Assembly: GCA_038147295.1 (NCBI GenBank)
Contig: JAYQTH010000001.1
Coordinates: forward strand, 84,770-148,769
DNA length: 64,000 nt
Direction of reading: 5' to 3'
Source of the DNA: Gammaproteobacteria bacterium
Lineage (GTDB): Bacteria; Pseudomonadota; Gammaproteobacteria; Magnimaribacterales; TMED112
The notes below the pieces were generated by a model that did no database searches, was not told the origin of the DNA, and worked only from the letters and a program-made list of their open reading frames with translations. Below are positions 42,273-52,047 of the stretch, piece after piece (position 1 is the stretch's first letter; each line of letters begins with the position of its first letter). Position numbers and translations under genes: made by a program.

Positions 42273-42937
42273 TATTTAATTTCGTAAAAATTGATTCCTC
42301 TTTTTATAATTTCACGGCCATTCGACTTTCGCCACCTATTGGTATCTCTCAAGCTGAAAACACAACCGCAATATTCTTGCTTATAGAATTTTTCTTTTTT
42401 GGAGATTTCTAGCATTCGGGATGAACCACCCTGTTTTCTCCAATTAAAATCCCAAAATGTAAGATTATTATACTTATTTGCTGCTCTTAAGCCAGCGCCA
42501 TTGATCTGGTTTAGATCTTTCCATCGAGAAATACCAAGAGTTGTTGCAAAAACATCAAAACCATTTTCATTTGCATATAGCGCGCTCCTCTCGAATCTCA
42601 TGTCAAAGCATACAGTGCATCTCTCACCTCTTTCTGGCTCATCTTCCAAGCCACTTACTCTTTCAAACCAATTATCTTTATCATAGTCAGCATCAATAAA
42701 ATCAAAACCAAGCTTTTCTGCAAATCTAATGTTCTCCTCTTTTCTGATTTCGTATTCTTCTTTTGGGTGAATATTAGGATTATAGAAATAAATTGTTGTA
42801 TCAATACCTGAGGCTGCAACTGCCTCCATTATTTCGCCTGCACATGGTGCACAACAACTATGCATTAACAATTTTTTACCTCTATTTGGCATAGTAAGTT
42901 TTGGTCTTTCGAAATTTTCTAGATTATATAAATTCAT
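42272..42937 (-). CDS. queH: Epoxyqueuosine reductase QueH
   Basis: HSCCAPC, YNPNIHP, RCTVCF and QEYCGC motifs. Confidence 0.93.
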   Translation of the reverse strand: MNLYNLENFERPKLTMPNRGKKLLMHSCCAPCAGEIMEAVAASGIDTTIYFYNPNIHPKEEYEIRKEENIRFAEKLGFDFIDADYDKDNWFERVSGLEDEPERGERCTVCFDMRFERSALYANENGFDVFATTLGISRWKDLNQINGAGLRAANKYNNLTFWDFNWRKQGGSSRMLEISKKEKFYKQEYCGCVFSLRDTNRWRKSNGREIIKRGINFYEIK

Positions 42938-43521
42938 TTCAGCAAATAATTTCTTAAATCGTTATAGCTCTCAAAGCTAAGTATATCTGGTCTCGAGCTC
43001 TTAATTTCCTCTGGTGCAAAAATAAATGCACCATTAGACTCATCAATCATTTGAATATCATTGTATGAATCGCCCATACAAAAACATTCATAATTCATTG
43101 ATTTAAAACCTTTTACAACATTTCGTTTGGGGTCGTTTTGTCTTTTACTATACGACTCTATGTAATCATCTTTGATATTAAGATGGTGGCAAAGAATAGG
43201 ATAATCTCCTAATTTTTCAATCAATGGTAAAGCCAATTCATAGAAAGTGTCAGAAACAATGACAATTTGATACTTATCTTTAAGAGAGTTTAAAAATTCT
43301 TTTGCGCCTTGATATGGGTCAATCGTCTTAAGAAAGTCTTTAAGGTCTGAGTATCTAATAGCATTATTTTGGAGGGCTTCCATTCGCATATTCATTAGAT
43401 CTTCAAAATCAGGAATCTCTCTTGTTGTGGCGCTAAGTTCTGGGATATTGTAATTACGTCCTATTTCTTGCCAAATTTCAGGAGCAAGGGTACCTTCTAA
43501 ATCTGTACAGAGAATTTTCAT
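42934..43521 (-). CDS. thrH: Phosphoserine phosphatase/homoserine phosphotransferase ThrH
   Basis: [25 protein letters not shown] and GDSYND motifs. Confidence 0.9.
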   Translation of the reverse strand: MKILCTDLEGTLAPEIWQEIGRNYNIPELSATTREIPDFEDLMNMRMEALQNNAIRYSDLKDFLKTIDPYQGAKEFLNSLKDKYQIVIVSDTFYELALPLIEKLGDYPILCHHLNIKDDYIESYSKRQNDPKRNVVKGFKSMNYECFCMGDSYNDIQMIDESNGAFIFAPEEIKSSRPDILSFESYNDLRNYLLK

Positions 43522-44393
43522 GTATTGTTAATGCCGTATGGTACATGACCAGTGGATACATGACTAGTTGCCTCTGCGCAATTTTCTGTTAAATCGTCAA
43601 AAAATATATCAGCATTGAACCCTTTTAGGAATTTACCTTTTGCGAGCCCTCCAAGAAAAAATGTTTCATCAATACGAATTTTTTCTTTTCTGAGAGTTTT
43701 GATTACTCTCTTGTGCGCAGGTGCAGCTCTTGCTGTAACAAGAGCTATTCTTATAGGGCAATTATCTACAGGAAAATTTGACTGAATAAAATTTAATTTC
43801 TTAAGGAATCCATTAAATGGTCCAGGAGTTATAGGTTCTTCAGATTCACCTTCTTCAGCCAGATACTTCTTTAATCCCTTCTTTTTATACATAACTTCAG
43901 ATTCATCTGAAAAAATTACTGCATCCGCATCAAAAGCAATCCTTAATTCTTTTCTTTCAGAGAAATTTACCTTATTAGTGAAAATATGAGCAGCTGCAAT
44001 ATTGGTTTCAATAGCTTTCTTTACATCTTCAACATCTGCAGACAAAAATAAATCAATGTCCAATGCATCTACGTAAGGAAATGGGCTTTCACCTCCTGAA
44101 AATACTGCTCTAGTTATTTCAAGCTGATATTTTTCTATGGAGTTAAATATTCTTAATCCAGTATCTGAACTATTTCTTGACAATAAAATAACTTCTACGA
44201 TTTTTTCTTTTTTTGTATTCATGCTAAGTAGCTTTTCAACTAAAGGGAATGCTACCCCTTTCTCAAGGATGTTTTTCTCATGTTTTTTTTGAAACTTGGC
44301 GTATTTTTCTATGCCTTTTTCTTTAAAGACTTTATGGCTCTCATTCATATCAAATAGAGCTCTAGAACTGATTCCTACTTTAAGAATTGTCAT
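43518..44393 (-). CDS. 5'-nucleotidase (cN-I type)
   Basis: ISSRALFD, LRIAFDADAVIF, LVTARAAPAH and FFDD motifs. Confidence 0.9.
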   Translation of the reverse strand: MTILKVGISSRALFDMNESHKVFKEKGIEKYAKFQKKHEKNILEKGVAFPLVEKLLSMNTKKEKIVEVILLSRNSSDTGLRIFNSIEKYQLEITRAVFSGGESPFPYVDALDIDLFLSADVEDVKKAIETNIAAAHIFTNKVNFSERKELRIAFDADAVIFSDESEVMYKKKGLKKYLAEEGESEEPITPGPFNGFLKKLNFIQSNFPVDNCPIRIALVTARAAPAHKRVIKTLRKEKIRIDETFFLGGLAKGKFLKGFNADIFFDDLTENCAEATSHVSTGHVPYGINNT

Positions 44394-44415
44394 TTAGTTT
44401 GAAAAAAATATAATT

Positions 44416-44435
44416 TACTGTATATAATTACAGTA
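44416..44435. promoter_or_regulatory. LexA (SOS) operator, lexA autoregulation
   Basis: TACTGTATATAATTACAGTA (CTGT-N8-ACAG) containing TATAAT at 44423-44428; TTGAAA at 44399-44404 (18-nt spacer). Confidence 0.93.
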
Positions 44436-44436
44436 T

Positions 44437-45030
44437 ATGATAAACCTAACCAATCAACAGATCAAAGTATTTGAAGTAATTAAAGACCATGTTGTCGCGA
44501 ATGGATTCCCGCCAACGCGAGCAGAAATAGCAAAAATTCTAAACTTTAAATCAGTCAATGCTGCTGAGTCGCATATTAAAGCACTAGTGAAAAAAGGAGC
44601 TATTGAAAAGGTGCCGGGTTCTTCTAGAGGCATAAGACTTGTTGAAGAAACAACAGGAATTCCTTTGATAGGGAGAGTTGCCGCAGGGTCTCCAATAACA
44701 GCTATAGAGAATATTGAAAAAACAATTCCAGTAAATCCTTTGAATAAGCTTGTTGATTTCTTCCTACGTGTTGAGGGAGATAGCATGATAAATGCTGGCA
44801 TTCTTGAAAATGACTTGGTCGGTGTAAAACATTCAAAAGTTGCTGAGAACGGGCAAATAGTTGTTGCAAGAATAGATGAGGATGTTACCTTGAAAAGATT
44901 TTATAAAGACAGCAAAGGAGTGAGGCTCGTTGCTGAAAACAGCAACTACAAAGACATTGTAATTAATGAACAGCAGTTTTTTGCCATTGAAGGGCTGGCT
45001 GTTGGAATTGTAAGAGAGAATTTAAATTAG
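44437..45030 (+). CDS. lexA: SOS repressor LexA
   Basis: PPTRAEIA HTH, VAAG cleavage site, GDSM serine and TLKR lysine all intact. Confidence 0.97.
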   Translation: MINLTNQQIKVFEVIKDHVVANGFPPTRAEIAKILNFKSVNAAESHIKALVKKGAIEKVPGSSRGIRLVEETTGIPLIGRVAAGSPITAIENIEKTIPVNPLNKLVDFFLRVEGDSMINAGILENDLVGVKHSKVAENGQIVVARIDEDVTLKRFYKDSKGVRLVAENSNYKDIVINEQQFFAIEGLAVGIVRENLN

Positions 45031-45290
45031 TGAACGACTCTGTTGTCGTTATCTTTTTTGAAGAACGTTTCCATTAGTTCTTCGTCGAAGGTCTCCAAAT
45101 CAATATCAGCGTTTAAAGTTTCGATTCCTGCTTTAATCATTTCCTTAGCCACATCAAATTCCATGCCATTCAAAAGAGCTTTCACATCTTTTGAGAACTC
45201 AATTTTAACTAGGGGGGAGTCTTTAGCATCTGACCTCCTAAGAACAACAACTCCTTCGGAAACTTCTACTAGCTCAAGATATTTAGACAT
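45027..45290 (-). CDS. Small acidic hypothetical protein
   Basis: 87-aa ORF filling the gap between topA and lexA; from recall it resembles small uncharacterised gammaproteobacterial proteins (not verified). Confidence 0.7.
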   Translation of the reverse strand: MSKYLELVEVSEGVVVLRRSDAKDSPLVKIEFSKDVKALLNGMEFDVAKEMIKAGIETLNADIDLETFDEELMETFFKKDNDNRVVH

Positions 45291-45335
45291 AAGTTTATTA
45301 TTGGGTTCTTTTAATAATTAATAAAGGGGTTTGAG

Positions 45336-47825
45336 TTAATCTCTTTTCTTTTCTTTCCAAGAACCTTCTTCATAAACAAAAAAGTATTTCTTTTTCTTGT
45401 TATCTTTTTCCGCTGATAGATAGTGAGTGTTTCCTTTTCTGTTAAATCTCACGACTAAGCTATCGCCCTCTAGGTCCTCAGTTGGCGCATCGGCAAAATG
45501 CTTATACTTTTCTGGTAATTCACTTATAACATCCTTAATTTCACATAACAAAGGTGCTCTAGTTTCCCTATTTTTTGGAAATTGTGATGCTGCTAAAAAA
45601 AGCCCTTTCATACTATCTCTTAATAGATAGAAATCATCACACTTCTGACAACGAATATTTTCTAGTTTTATTGGGTCCATGAAAACTGGCTTTAGATCAC
45701 CATTTTTTAACAACTGCCTGGTAGCAGGACAAGATTCATTTTGACAGGCAAAGTATTTACCAAACCTGCCAAGTTTAAGTTCCATTTGAGAGTCGCACTT
45801 ATGACAATCAATAAATTCCTCGTCTTCATTTTTTGGTTTGATGAATTCTCCATGTTTTAATTTCGTACCTGAACAAATAGGAGAGTTAGAGCAAATATCA
45901 AGCTTTCTCTTCTCATCAATGATAAATCCGTCCATAGATGATCCACACAAATTGCATTTCTCCTTGTTAAATATACTTTCAGCTTCCTTATCATCGTTCT
46001 CTGAAAATAAATCTACAGATAATAATGACTTTGTACTTTTGCATTGGTCATCTTCGTCTGTGTATCCTTCGCAACCCAAGAACTGGCCTGATTGATTTGT
46101 CCTTAATTGCATTTTCCGATTCTTATCACATGAATCACAACTTAATTCCGTATCAATAGGAGGATTTCTTTCCATTTTTTGATCTGCATCTGACTTTGCA
46201 TTCTGAAATTCTTGATAAAATTCAGATAAAATAACCTGCCATTCTTTTCTTCCTTCAGCGATTTCGTCAAGGTTCTGCTCCATTCCAGCTGTAAAACCAT
46301 AGTCCATTATTTTTTCAAAGGATTGCTCAAGTCTATTTGAGACCAAATTAGCAATTTTGGTTGCATATAATCTTTTTGATTCGCTCTTTACATATCCTCT
46401 TTCTTGGATATTAGTAATAATCTCTTGGTAAGTGGATGGTCGCCCAATTCCTCTCTTTTCTAATTCCTTTACAAGGCTTGCTTCTGAATATCTTGAAGGA
46501 GGTTTAGTAAAATGCTGAGATTTATCAGCTTTTGTTATATCTAAAGATGTGCCCTCAGAAAGTTCTGCTAAATTGTATTCAACATAACCAGAATTCTTCC
46601 CAGGAGGCATAACTTTATAAAAACCATCAAAACTTATAGAGCTTACTGAAGTATCAAAAAAACATTTTTCAGCTGATGCTTTAATGCTATTAACAACTAT
46701 TTCTGGTTGTGGCATTTGTGATGCAACAAACCTCTCCCATATAAGCTTATAAAGTTTTTTGTGATCCTCGCTAAGAGCAATATCATTAAATTTTAAGTTT
46801 ACATCTGTAGGCCTAATAGCTTCATGAGCTTCTTGTGAATTGCTTGCTTTGGAAGAAAAATTACGGGGCGTGCTGTATTTCTCACCATATTCATCCAATA
46901 AAAATTGTTTGCAATTGCTCTGAGATAAAGCACTTAAATTTGGTGAATCTGTTCTCATATATGAGATGTATCCACCTGTATAAAGGTCTTGAGCTAATTT
47001 CATAGTTTTGGAAAGACTAAACCCTAGAAATGAACTTGATGTTTGTTGGAGAGTTGAGGTAATAAAAGGTGGCTTAACAGGGATTTTTCGTTTTGTTGTT
47101 TCATTCTTGAGTATTAAAAGCTCTGCTTTAAGTAGTTTCTCTATCAGCTCATTTGCTTGCTGTTCATTGCTTAAATTCAATTCAGATTTTTTTGTATTTA
47201 ATTTAAAAACAATATTTCTATCTTTATGTTTGATGTTTATTTCAATTTCCCAATATTCTTTAGGATCAAAGGATTTAATCTCTTTTTCTCGCTCAACTAC
47301 TAACTTCACAGCAACAGATTGCACCCTTCCAGCAGATAATTTTCCATAACTGCCAATTTTTTGCCAAAGGATTGCTGACAGATCATAGCCAACAATTCTA
47401 TCTAAAATTCTTCGAGTTTTTTGTGCATTAATTAAACCATCATCTAGCTCACTTGGGTTTTCAAATGCTCTTTCAATTGCAGGTTTTGTGATTTCATTGA
47501 ATCTAACTCTTTTATAATTAAATTTTTTGCCAAGTATTTCTTTTAAGTGCCAAGCAATGGCCTCTCCTTCTCTGTCTAAGTCAGTTGCCAGAAAAATATT
47601 TTCAACTTTTTTAGCAGATGTTTTTAAGTCTTTAACAACTTTTTCTTTCTTGGGATCTATTTCATAACTAACATCCCAATTATTTAGATCAATGGCTTTA
47701 GCTCCTTTAGGGAGACGTCTTACATGACCAACACTAGATTTAACAACATACTCGGAACCAAGATATTTATTGATTGTTTTAGCTTTTGAGGGTGACTCAA
47801 CAATTACTAAAGTTTTACTTGCCAT
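45336..47825 (-). CDS. topA: DNA topoisomerase I
   Basis: LVIVESPSKAKTI, DLDREGEAI, SAGRVQS, catalytic YMRTDS and C-terminal zinc ribbons. Confidence 0.97.
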   Translation of the reverse strand: MASKTLVIVESPSKAKTINKYLGSEYVVKSSVGHVRRLPKGAKAIDLNNWDVSYEIDPKKEKVVKDLKTSAKKVENIFLATDLDREGEAIAWHLKEILGKKFNYKRVRFNEITKPAIERAFENPSELDDGLINAQKTRRILDRIVGYDLSAILWQKIGSYGKLSAGRVQSVAVKLVVEREKEIKSFDPKEYWEIEINIKHKDRNIVFKLNTKKSELNLSNEQQANELIEKLLKAELLILKNETTKRKIPVKPPFITSTLQQTSSSFLGFSLSKTMKLAQDLYTGGYISYMRTDSPNLSALSQSNCKQFLLDEYGEKYSTPRNFSSKASNSQEAHEAIRPTDVNLKFNDIALSEDHKKLYKLIWERFVASQMPQPEIVVNSIKASAEKCFFDTSVSSISFDGFYKVMPPGKNSGYVEYNLAELSEGTSLDITKADKSQHFTKPPSRYSEASLVKELEKRGIGRPSTYQEIITNIQERGYVKSESKRLYATKIANLVSNRLEQSFEKIMDYGFTAGMEQNLDEIAEGRKEWQVILSEFYQEFQNAKSDADQKMERNPPIDTELSCDSCDKNRKMQLRTNQSGQFLGCEGYTDEDDQCKSTKSLLSVDLFSENDDKEAESIFNKEKCNLCGSSMDGFIIDEKRKLDICSNSPICSGTKLKHGEFIKPKNEDEEFIDCHKCDSQMELKLGRFGKYFACQNESCPATRQLLKNGDLKPVFMDPIKLENIRCQKCDDFYLLRDSMKGLFLAASQFPKNRETRAPLLCEIKDVISELPEKYKHFADAPTEDLEGDSLVVRFNRKGNTHYLSAEKDNKKKKYFFVYEEGSWKEKKRD

Positions 47826-48795
47826 TCTGTACGATTCTCTTAATTAAACTTGGGCCTTCATAAACAAATCCTGTATAGATTTGAACGAAATCAGCGCCAA
47901 GGTCTAATTTTTTGTTATACGAATCTACATCAAAAACACCACCGACTGCAACAATAATTTTTTCAGGCTTTAGATTTTTTTTAAAAAAAGCAAGAAGTTC
48001 ATTTGATTTATCTTGAAGCAGTTTTCCAGAGATGCCACCACTTATACTTGTTGCTCCAGATTTAATTTTAAGATTATTATCAACTGTAGTGTTGGAAATT
48101 ATAACTCCGTCAAAATCAGAACTATTAAGTATCTCAATCAACTTGATATAAGTATCGTGATTCTCATCAGGAGAAAATTTAATCAAGATTTTTGGCTTGT
48201 CAATGCTCGTGGATCTTTCTGCTGAAATTTTGCGTATTAAATCTTCAAAGCACTGAGGATCATGCATATTTCTTAAACCAGGAGTGTTTGGAGAAGAAAT
48301 ATTAATTGTGATGTAGTCTGCATGACTGCTAAATGCTTTGTATAAAATTAAATATTCTTCAAGAATATTTTCAAATTTTGTATTTTTGTTTGGTCCAATA
48401 TTTATACCTAAGGCCCCTCTTCTCTTCAAACTTCTTAGATTTGACAACATAGCTTCCATACCATGGTTGTTAAAACCTAAACTATTTATTAGAGATTCAT
48501 GTTTTTCTAATCGATGTAGTCTTGGTTTAGGATTGCCAGGTTGCGCTTTTGGTGTAACGGTACCAACCTCAATTAAACCAAAACCTATATCCTCAAGTTC
48601 TGGAATCAGCTGGCCATTTTTATCAAATCCAGCTGCTAAACCTATTTTATTACCGACTCTAAGTCCTTTAATAGCTTGATTTGTATGAGAATTAAATCTG
48701 TAAGCTCTTGAAAATAATTTTAAATATAAATGTGAAAGGCTGTGAACAAATTCTGGTGGCAGAAGAAATAGAAATGTTCTTAGTAGTTTATAAAT
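47815..48795 (-). CDS. pyrD: Quinone-dependent dihydroorotate dehydrogenase
   Basis: The frame is open 112 codons upstream of the track start (IYKLLRTFLFLLPPE...GLAAGFDKNG...EVGTVTPKAQPGNPKPR...GFNNHG); NISSPNTPGLR motif. No canonical start codon. Confidence 0.92.
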   Translation of the reverse strand: MYKLLRTFLFLLPPEFVHSLSHLYLKLFSRAYRFNSHTNQAIKGLRVGNKIGLAAGFDKNGQLIPELEDIGFGLIEVGTVTPKAQPGNPKPRLHRLEKHESLINSLGFNNHGMEAMLSNLRSLKRRGALGINIGPNKNTKFENILEEYLILYKAFSSHADYITINISSPNTPGLRNMHDPQCFEDLIRKISAERSTSIDKPKILIKFSPDENHDTYIKLIEILNSSDFDGVIISNTTVDNNLKIKSGATSISGGISGKLLQDKSNELLAFFKKNLKPEKIIVAVGGVFDVDSYNKKLDLGADFVQIYTGFVYEGPSLIKRIVQNGK

Positions 48796-48796
48796 T

Positions 48797-49657
48797 TCAA
48801 TATTCCTTTAATAAATTCTTTAGGTCATCAGAAATTTCAGGGTGCTTAAGACCTAATTCAATATTTGCTTTCAAATACCCAATTTTGCTTCCACAATCGT
48901 AGCGCTGCCCTTGAAATTTTATGCCAACAAATTCAGATATCTGTTTTTCGATAGCGTCTGTAATTTGAATTTCACCATTTTTTCCAGGGGTTTTTTCATC
49001 AATTGAATTAAATATAGATTGATTAAAAATATAGCGTCCCACAACAGCTAGATCAGATGGAGCCTCAGAAGGATCAGGTTTTTCAACTATACCACTTAAA
49101 TGAAACACATCCTCATGCTGCTCATTAAATGAAATAACCCCAAATTTTGATATATCTTTTGTGTCTACTGTTTCCAATGCCAATGCTTGCTTATCTTGGT
49201 CTTGCACTTGATCGATAAGTTGAGAGGTAACATTTTTGCCCTCATTTATTATTAAGTCATCTGCCAGTATCACAGCAAAATATTCATTTTTTTCTATTAG
49301 GTGTTGGGCACAGCTAATTGCATGGCCTAACCCTTTGGGCTCATCTTGTCTAACAAATGTGAATTTAGACCCTTTTCCACCCACTCTTGATATCAATTTT
49401 AATAAATCATCTTTTCCATCATTCTTGAGTCTTTGTTTTAGGTCTAAGTTTTCGTCAAAGTGATCTTCTATTGCTCTTTTTGCGTGATGAGTAACAAAAA
49501 TAAATTCATTTATTCCTGCATCTAAAGCCTCTTCGACAGCATATTGAATAATAGGCTTATCAATAATTGGCAACATTTCTTTTGGTGTAGCTTTAGTTGC
49601 TGGAAGAAACCTCGTTCCAAAACCAGCTACAGGAAATACTGCTTTCTTAATGTTCAT
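48797..49657 (-). CDS. galU: UTP--glucose-1-phosphate uridylyltransferase
   Basis: KAVFPVAGFGTRFLPATK, KEMLP, VEKP and GEIQITDA motifs. Confidence 0.96.
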   Translation of the reverse strand: MNIKKAVFPVAGFGTRFLPATKATPKEMLPIIDKPIIQYAVEEALDAGINEFIFVTHHAKRAIEDHFDENLDLKQRLKNDGKDDLLKLISRVGGKGSKFTFVRQDEPKGLGHAISCAQHLIEKNEYFAVILADDLIINEGKNVTSQLIDQVQDQDKQALALETVDTKDISKFGVISFNEQHEDVFHLSGIVEKPDPSEAPSDLAVVGRYIFNQSIFNSIDEKTPGKNGEIQITDAIEKQISEFVGIKFQGQRYDCGSKIGYLKANIELGLKHPEISDDLKNLLKEY

Positions 49658-49692
49658 GGTCGGGTGATTATACAAAAAGTGGGGGCTATCAT

Positions 49693-50529
49693 CTAATTTT
49701 CAGGCTCTTTATTTAGACTCCAGTTAAGCTTGGATCTACAAATTTGGTAAAAATCGTATCCTTTAGGGTGTACCAATTTAAATTTCCTATCTGCACTCCT
49801 AACACTAAAGGATAAATTACTATTCTCTAACATTATTTCCTGATTACCATCAAGAATAATAAGAGACTTAAGTCCTGAAGGAATCTTTAAAACATTAACC
49901 TCAATAACCTTTTTATTGGAAACAATCAATGGTCGTGCTGAAAGAGAGAGTGGATTCAAAGGCGTTACAACAAAACCTTCTATCTCAGGTGACAAAATAG
50001 GACCACCTGCGGAAAGAGAATAAGCGGTTGAACCGGTTACGGTTGAAATAATAAGGCCATCAGATCTTTTTCTATATGCTAAAGAATCTTCTATTTTTAC
50101 TTCAAAATCTATTAATTTATAGCTTTTTTCAGTGTGCAAGACTGCTTCATTGAATGCATAGTATCTGTTGCCGTTGTAGCTACACTCTATGACATCTTTT
50201 TCTTCAATCTCATTGTTGCCTTGTAGAATATCTAAAAGATTTTCTTTCAATTTGCTAGGGTCAAGATCTGCCATAAAGCCAACCCTTCCGAGATTAATGC
50301 CAAGAAAGTGGCATTTTAGAAAGCTAAATTTTTTTGCTGCTGATAGCATCGAGCCATCCCCTCCAATAACTAACACAATGTCAAAGTCATTTGCTGGAAG
50401 ATCTTTTTCTTCATCATACAATTCAAAATTAAAGCTATTTTTTGACAAGAGGTCTTTAACCTCTTGTAATATAGGTTTTGATTTTTCTTTGTGGAATGTA
50501 ACCACTAATGCTTTACTAAACTTAACCAT
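49693..50529 (-). CDS. nadK: NAD kinase
   Basis: GGDGS, NE and DGLIISTVTGSTAYSLSAGGP motifs; start placed at MVKFSK. Confidence 0.94.
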   Translation of the reverse strand: MVKFSKALVVTFHKEKSKPILQEVKDLLSKNSFNFELYDEEKDLPANDFDIVLVIGGDGSMLSAAKKFSFLKCHFLGINLGRVGFMADLDPSKLKENLLDILQGNNEIEEKDVIECSYNGNRYYAFNEAVLHTEKSYKLIDFEVKIEDSLAYRKRSDGLIISTVTGSTAYSLSAGGPILSPEIEGFVVTPLNPLSLSARPLIVSNKKVIEVNVLKIPSGLKSLIILDGNQEIMLENSNLSFSVRSADRKFKLVHPKGYDFYQICRSKLNWSLNKEPEN

Positions 50530-51272
50530 TGAATAAAAAAATAACTCAATTAAAAAACTACTTAAGTAATAGTTCAATTATAACTATTTTATCGGGCGCT
50601 GGCTTAAGTACAGCATCTGGTTTGCCTGATTTTAGAACAGATGATCAAGGGTTCTGGATAAAAAATAAACCTGTTCACTTCAGTGAGTTTATTCAATCAA
50701 AATCTGCACGCATAAAATCCTGGCAAAATAATCTTGCAATAAGAGCTTCGATAAAAGATAAAAAGCCAAGTTTAATGCATGGATACATAGTTGAACTTCT
50801 AACCAAAAATAAATTGAATACTCACATAACACAGAATATTGATGGTTTGCATTATCTAGAGGAAATTGAATCACAGATAATCGAACTGCACGGCTCAGTG
50901 TTTAGTGCATCTTGTTTAAATTGTTTTAAAAAATACGATCCAGCAACTTTCTATAAATCCAAAGTTAAAGAGCTAGGTTCTACAAGCTGTACATCTTGTA
51001 ATCGTGGCTATGTTAAAACTTCAACCATTTCTTTTGGGCAGAAATTAAATGAGGAGCACATAAAAAAAGCAACTATGGCATCTAAGCGGTGTGACTTATT
51101 TCTTTGTTTAGGCACTTCCTTGAAAGTTTCTCCAGCTAATCAATTTCCCCAAAAAGCAAAAGCCGAAGATGCCAATTTAGTTATCATTAATAGAGAACCT
51201 ACACCACTTGATGCAATTGCAGATTTAGTAATCTATGATGACCTAGATAGTATTTATGAAAAAATTAAGTGA
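50529..51272 (+). CDS. cobB: NAD-dependent protein deacylase (Sir2/CobB family)
   Basis: GAGLSTASGLPDFR, TQNIDGLH, ELHGS, CxxC..CxxC and GTSL motifs. Confidence 0.88.
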   Translation: MNKKITQLKNYLSNSSIITILSGAGLSTASGLPDFRTDDQGFWIKNKPVHFSEFIQSKSARIKSWQNNLAIRASIKDKKPSLMHGYIVELLTKNKLNTHITQNIDGLHYLEEIESQIIELHGSVFSASCLNCFKKYDPATFYKSKVKELGSTSCTSCNRGYVKTSTISFGQKLNEEHIKKATMASKRCDLFLCLGTSLKVSPANQFPQKAKAEDANLVIINREPTPLDAIADLVIYDDLDSIYEKIK

Positions 51273-52047
51273 TTCACTAAACAATTTACTGGAAACATTT
51301 CAACGCCTCAGGGATCCCAATGATGGATGTCCATGGGATAGAGAACAAGATTTCAAATCCATTGCAGACTGCACTTTGGAAGAAGCTTATGAGGTGGTAG
51401 ATGCCATAGACAGAGAAAATTATGAAGACCTTAAGTCTGAACTTGGTGACCTCTTATTTCAAATTGTATTTCATGCAGGCATGGCAGAAGAAAGTGGGAA
51501 ATTTAACTTACAAGATGTCATTGAAGAAATTAATTCAAAACTTACTCGGCGCCATCCCCATATATTTGGAGATAAGGTCGCCAAGACTCCAGAAGAAAGT
51601 TTAATGCTATGGGAACAAGTTAAAGCAGAAGAGCGTACAAAGAAAAACATGTCTTCTTTATTGGATGATGTGCCACGAAACCTTCCCTCTTTAGCAAGAG
51701 CAAAAAAACTTCAAAAAAGAGCAGGCACCGTAGGGTTTGATTGGAAAGATGAAAATAAGGTAATAGCAAAAATAGATGAGGAAATTGCAGAACTCAAAGC
51801 TGAACTTGTCTCAAAAGATGAAAACAAAGTTCAAGAAGAGATAGGGGATATCTTTTTTACTCTTGTGAACCTTTGTCGACATCTTGGTTACGAACCTGAA
51901 GATATTGTTAAAAAATCAAATAATAAATTTGAAAGTAGATTTAGAGCGATGGAACAGATTGCAAAAGAAAAAAATGATACATTAAACTCTCTTAACCTTG
52001 AGGAGCTCGAAAATCTTTGGATAAGAGCAAAAAATGAAACAAATTAA
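51256..52047 (+). CDS. mazG: Nucleoside triphosphate pyrophosphohydrolase MazG
   Basis: GCPWDREQ, EEAYE, ELGDLL, RRHPH and a second EEIGD domain. Confidence 0.95.
   Translation: MKKLSDSLNNLLETFQRLRDPNDGCPWDREQDFKSIADCTLEEAYEVVDAIDRENYEDLKSELGDLLFQIVFHAGMAEESGKFNLQDVIEEINSKLTRRHPHIFGDKVAKTPEESLMLWEQVKAEERTKKNMSSLLDDVPRNLPSLARAKKLQKRAGTVGFDWKDENKVIAKIDEEIAELKAELVSKDENKVQEEIGDIFFTLVNLCRHLGYEPEDIVKKSNNKFESRFRAMEQIAKEKNDTLNSLNLEELENLWIRAKNETN

Noticed and set aside
50529..52047. Sir2 + MazG as an anti-phage defence pair
   Set aside because: The sirtuin is a classic Zn-binding CobB-type deacylase and MazG is the two-domain housekeeping form. Both sit in a core operon with prc and xthA, with no defence-island context.
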